From: Gemmatimonadaceae bacterium | GTDB lineage: Bacteria > Gemmatimonadota > Gemmatimonadetes > Gemmatimonadales > Gemmatimonadaceae | DNA: 64,000 nucleotides | Assembly (NCBI GenBank): GCA_035249045.1 | Contig: DATFGW010000104.1 | Coordinates: forward strand, 2,542-66,541 | Reading direction: 5' to 3' | Shown: positions 63,723 to 64,000 of the stretch, in pieces | How the letters are laid out: every line of letters starts with the position of its first letter | Numbering within the stretch: the stretch's first letter is position 1 | The notes under the pieces: model-generated | The model's input: the letters and a program-made list of their open reading frames with translations, nothing else | Databases searched by the model: none | Told to the model about the DNA's origin: nothing | Program-made: the position numbers and the translations under genes

Positions 63723-64000
63723 ATGCTCTACAGAATGACGACGAGCTCCCCGATTTTCGGACTCCGGCGCGAGATCGACCGGCTGTTCGACGACACCTTC
63801 ATGCGGGATGGCTCCAACTGGAGTCCCGCTGTCGACGTCAGGGAAAATGACAACGAGATCAGCCTCGATCTCGAGCTGCCTGGAATCAAACCCGAAGACG
63901 TAGAGATCACTGCGGAAAACGGCGTCCTCACCGTGCGTGGCGAGAAGAAGAGCGAGAAGAAGGAGGGCGAGGAGAACCGCTATCACGTGATCGAGCGCAG
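63723..64000 (+). CDS. Hsp20/alpha-crystallin small heat-shock protein, 3'-truncated by the window edge
   Basis: AGGAG RBS; MLYRMTT...REIDRLFDD...WSPAVDVRE...ELPGIKPEDVEI..ENGVLTVRGEK...ER. Not in the ORF track because it has no stop in the window. Confidence 0.92.
   Translation, partial: MLYRMTTSSPIFGLRREIDRLFDDTFMRDGSNWSPAVDVRENDNEISLDLELPGIKPEDVEITAENGVLTVRGEKKSEKKEGEENRYHVIER

Noticed and set aside
1-64000. CRISPR array, rRNA or IS element
   Set aside because: No regularly spaced direct repeats, rRNA-like sequence or transposase ORF seen.

Overview
A GC-rich bacterial chromosomal segment; the protein families and gene order suggest Gemmatimonadota (inference, no search run). Most of it is housekeeping: selA-gmhB-purN-purH, gltX-lexA, pdxJ, ispE-tRNA-Gln-prs-rplY-pth-ychF, rpsF-rpsR-rplI, smc-aroF-lolA, and rpmE-prfA-prmC-tmk-ctpA. 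An accessory-looking block of about 16 kb lies between two tRNA-Ser genes and carries secreted peptidases, pxpABC, a TsdA-like cytochrome paired with a Tat-exported DsrE-like protein, and small Cys-rich ORFs. I saw no integrase, transposase, prophage or CRISPR array. The best leads are: (1) prfA appears to need a CTG start codon overlapping the rpmE stop (CTGA); (2) a BlaI/BlaR1-like module whose receptor has a helical-repeat sensor, with a 16-bp TGCT-N8-AGCA box present twice at the blaI promoter and once inside the downstream DUF5916 gene; (3) a tightly coupled operon of an Omp85-peptidase fusion, a SPOR lipoprotein, a pseudo-ParA/BY-kinase-like TM-SPOR protein and an SMC with atypical motifs; (4) a candidate LexA box GTACG-N4-CGTAC; (5) two long intergenic inverted-repeat elements; (6) five sigma54-type promoter candidates. 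All functional interpretations of these leads are hypotheses.
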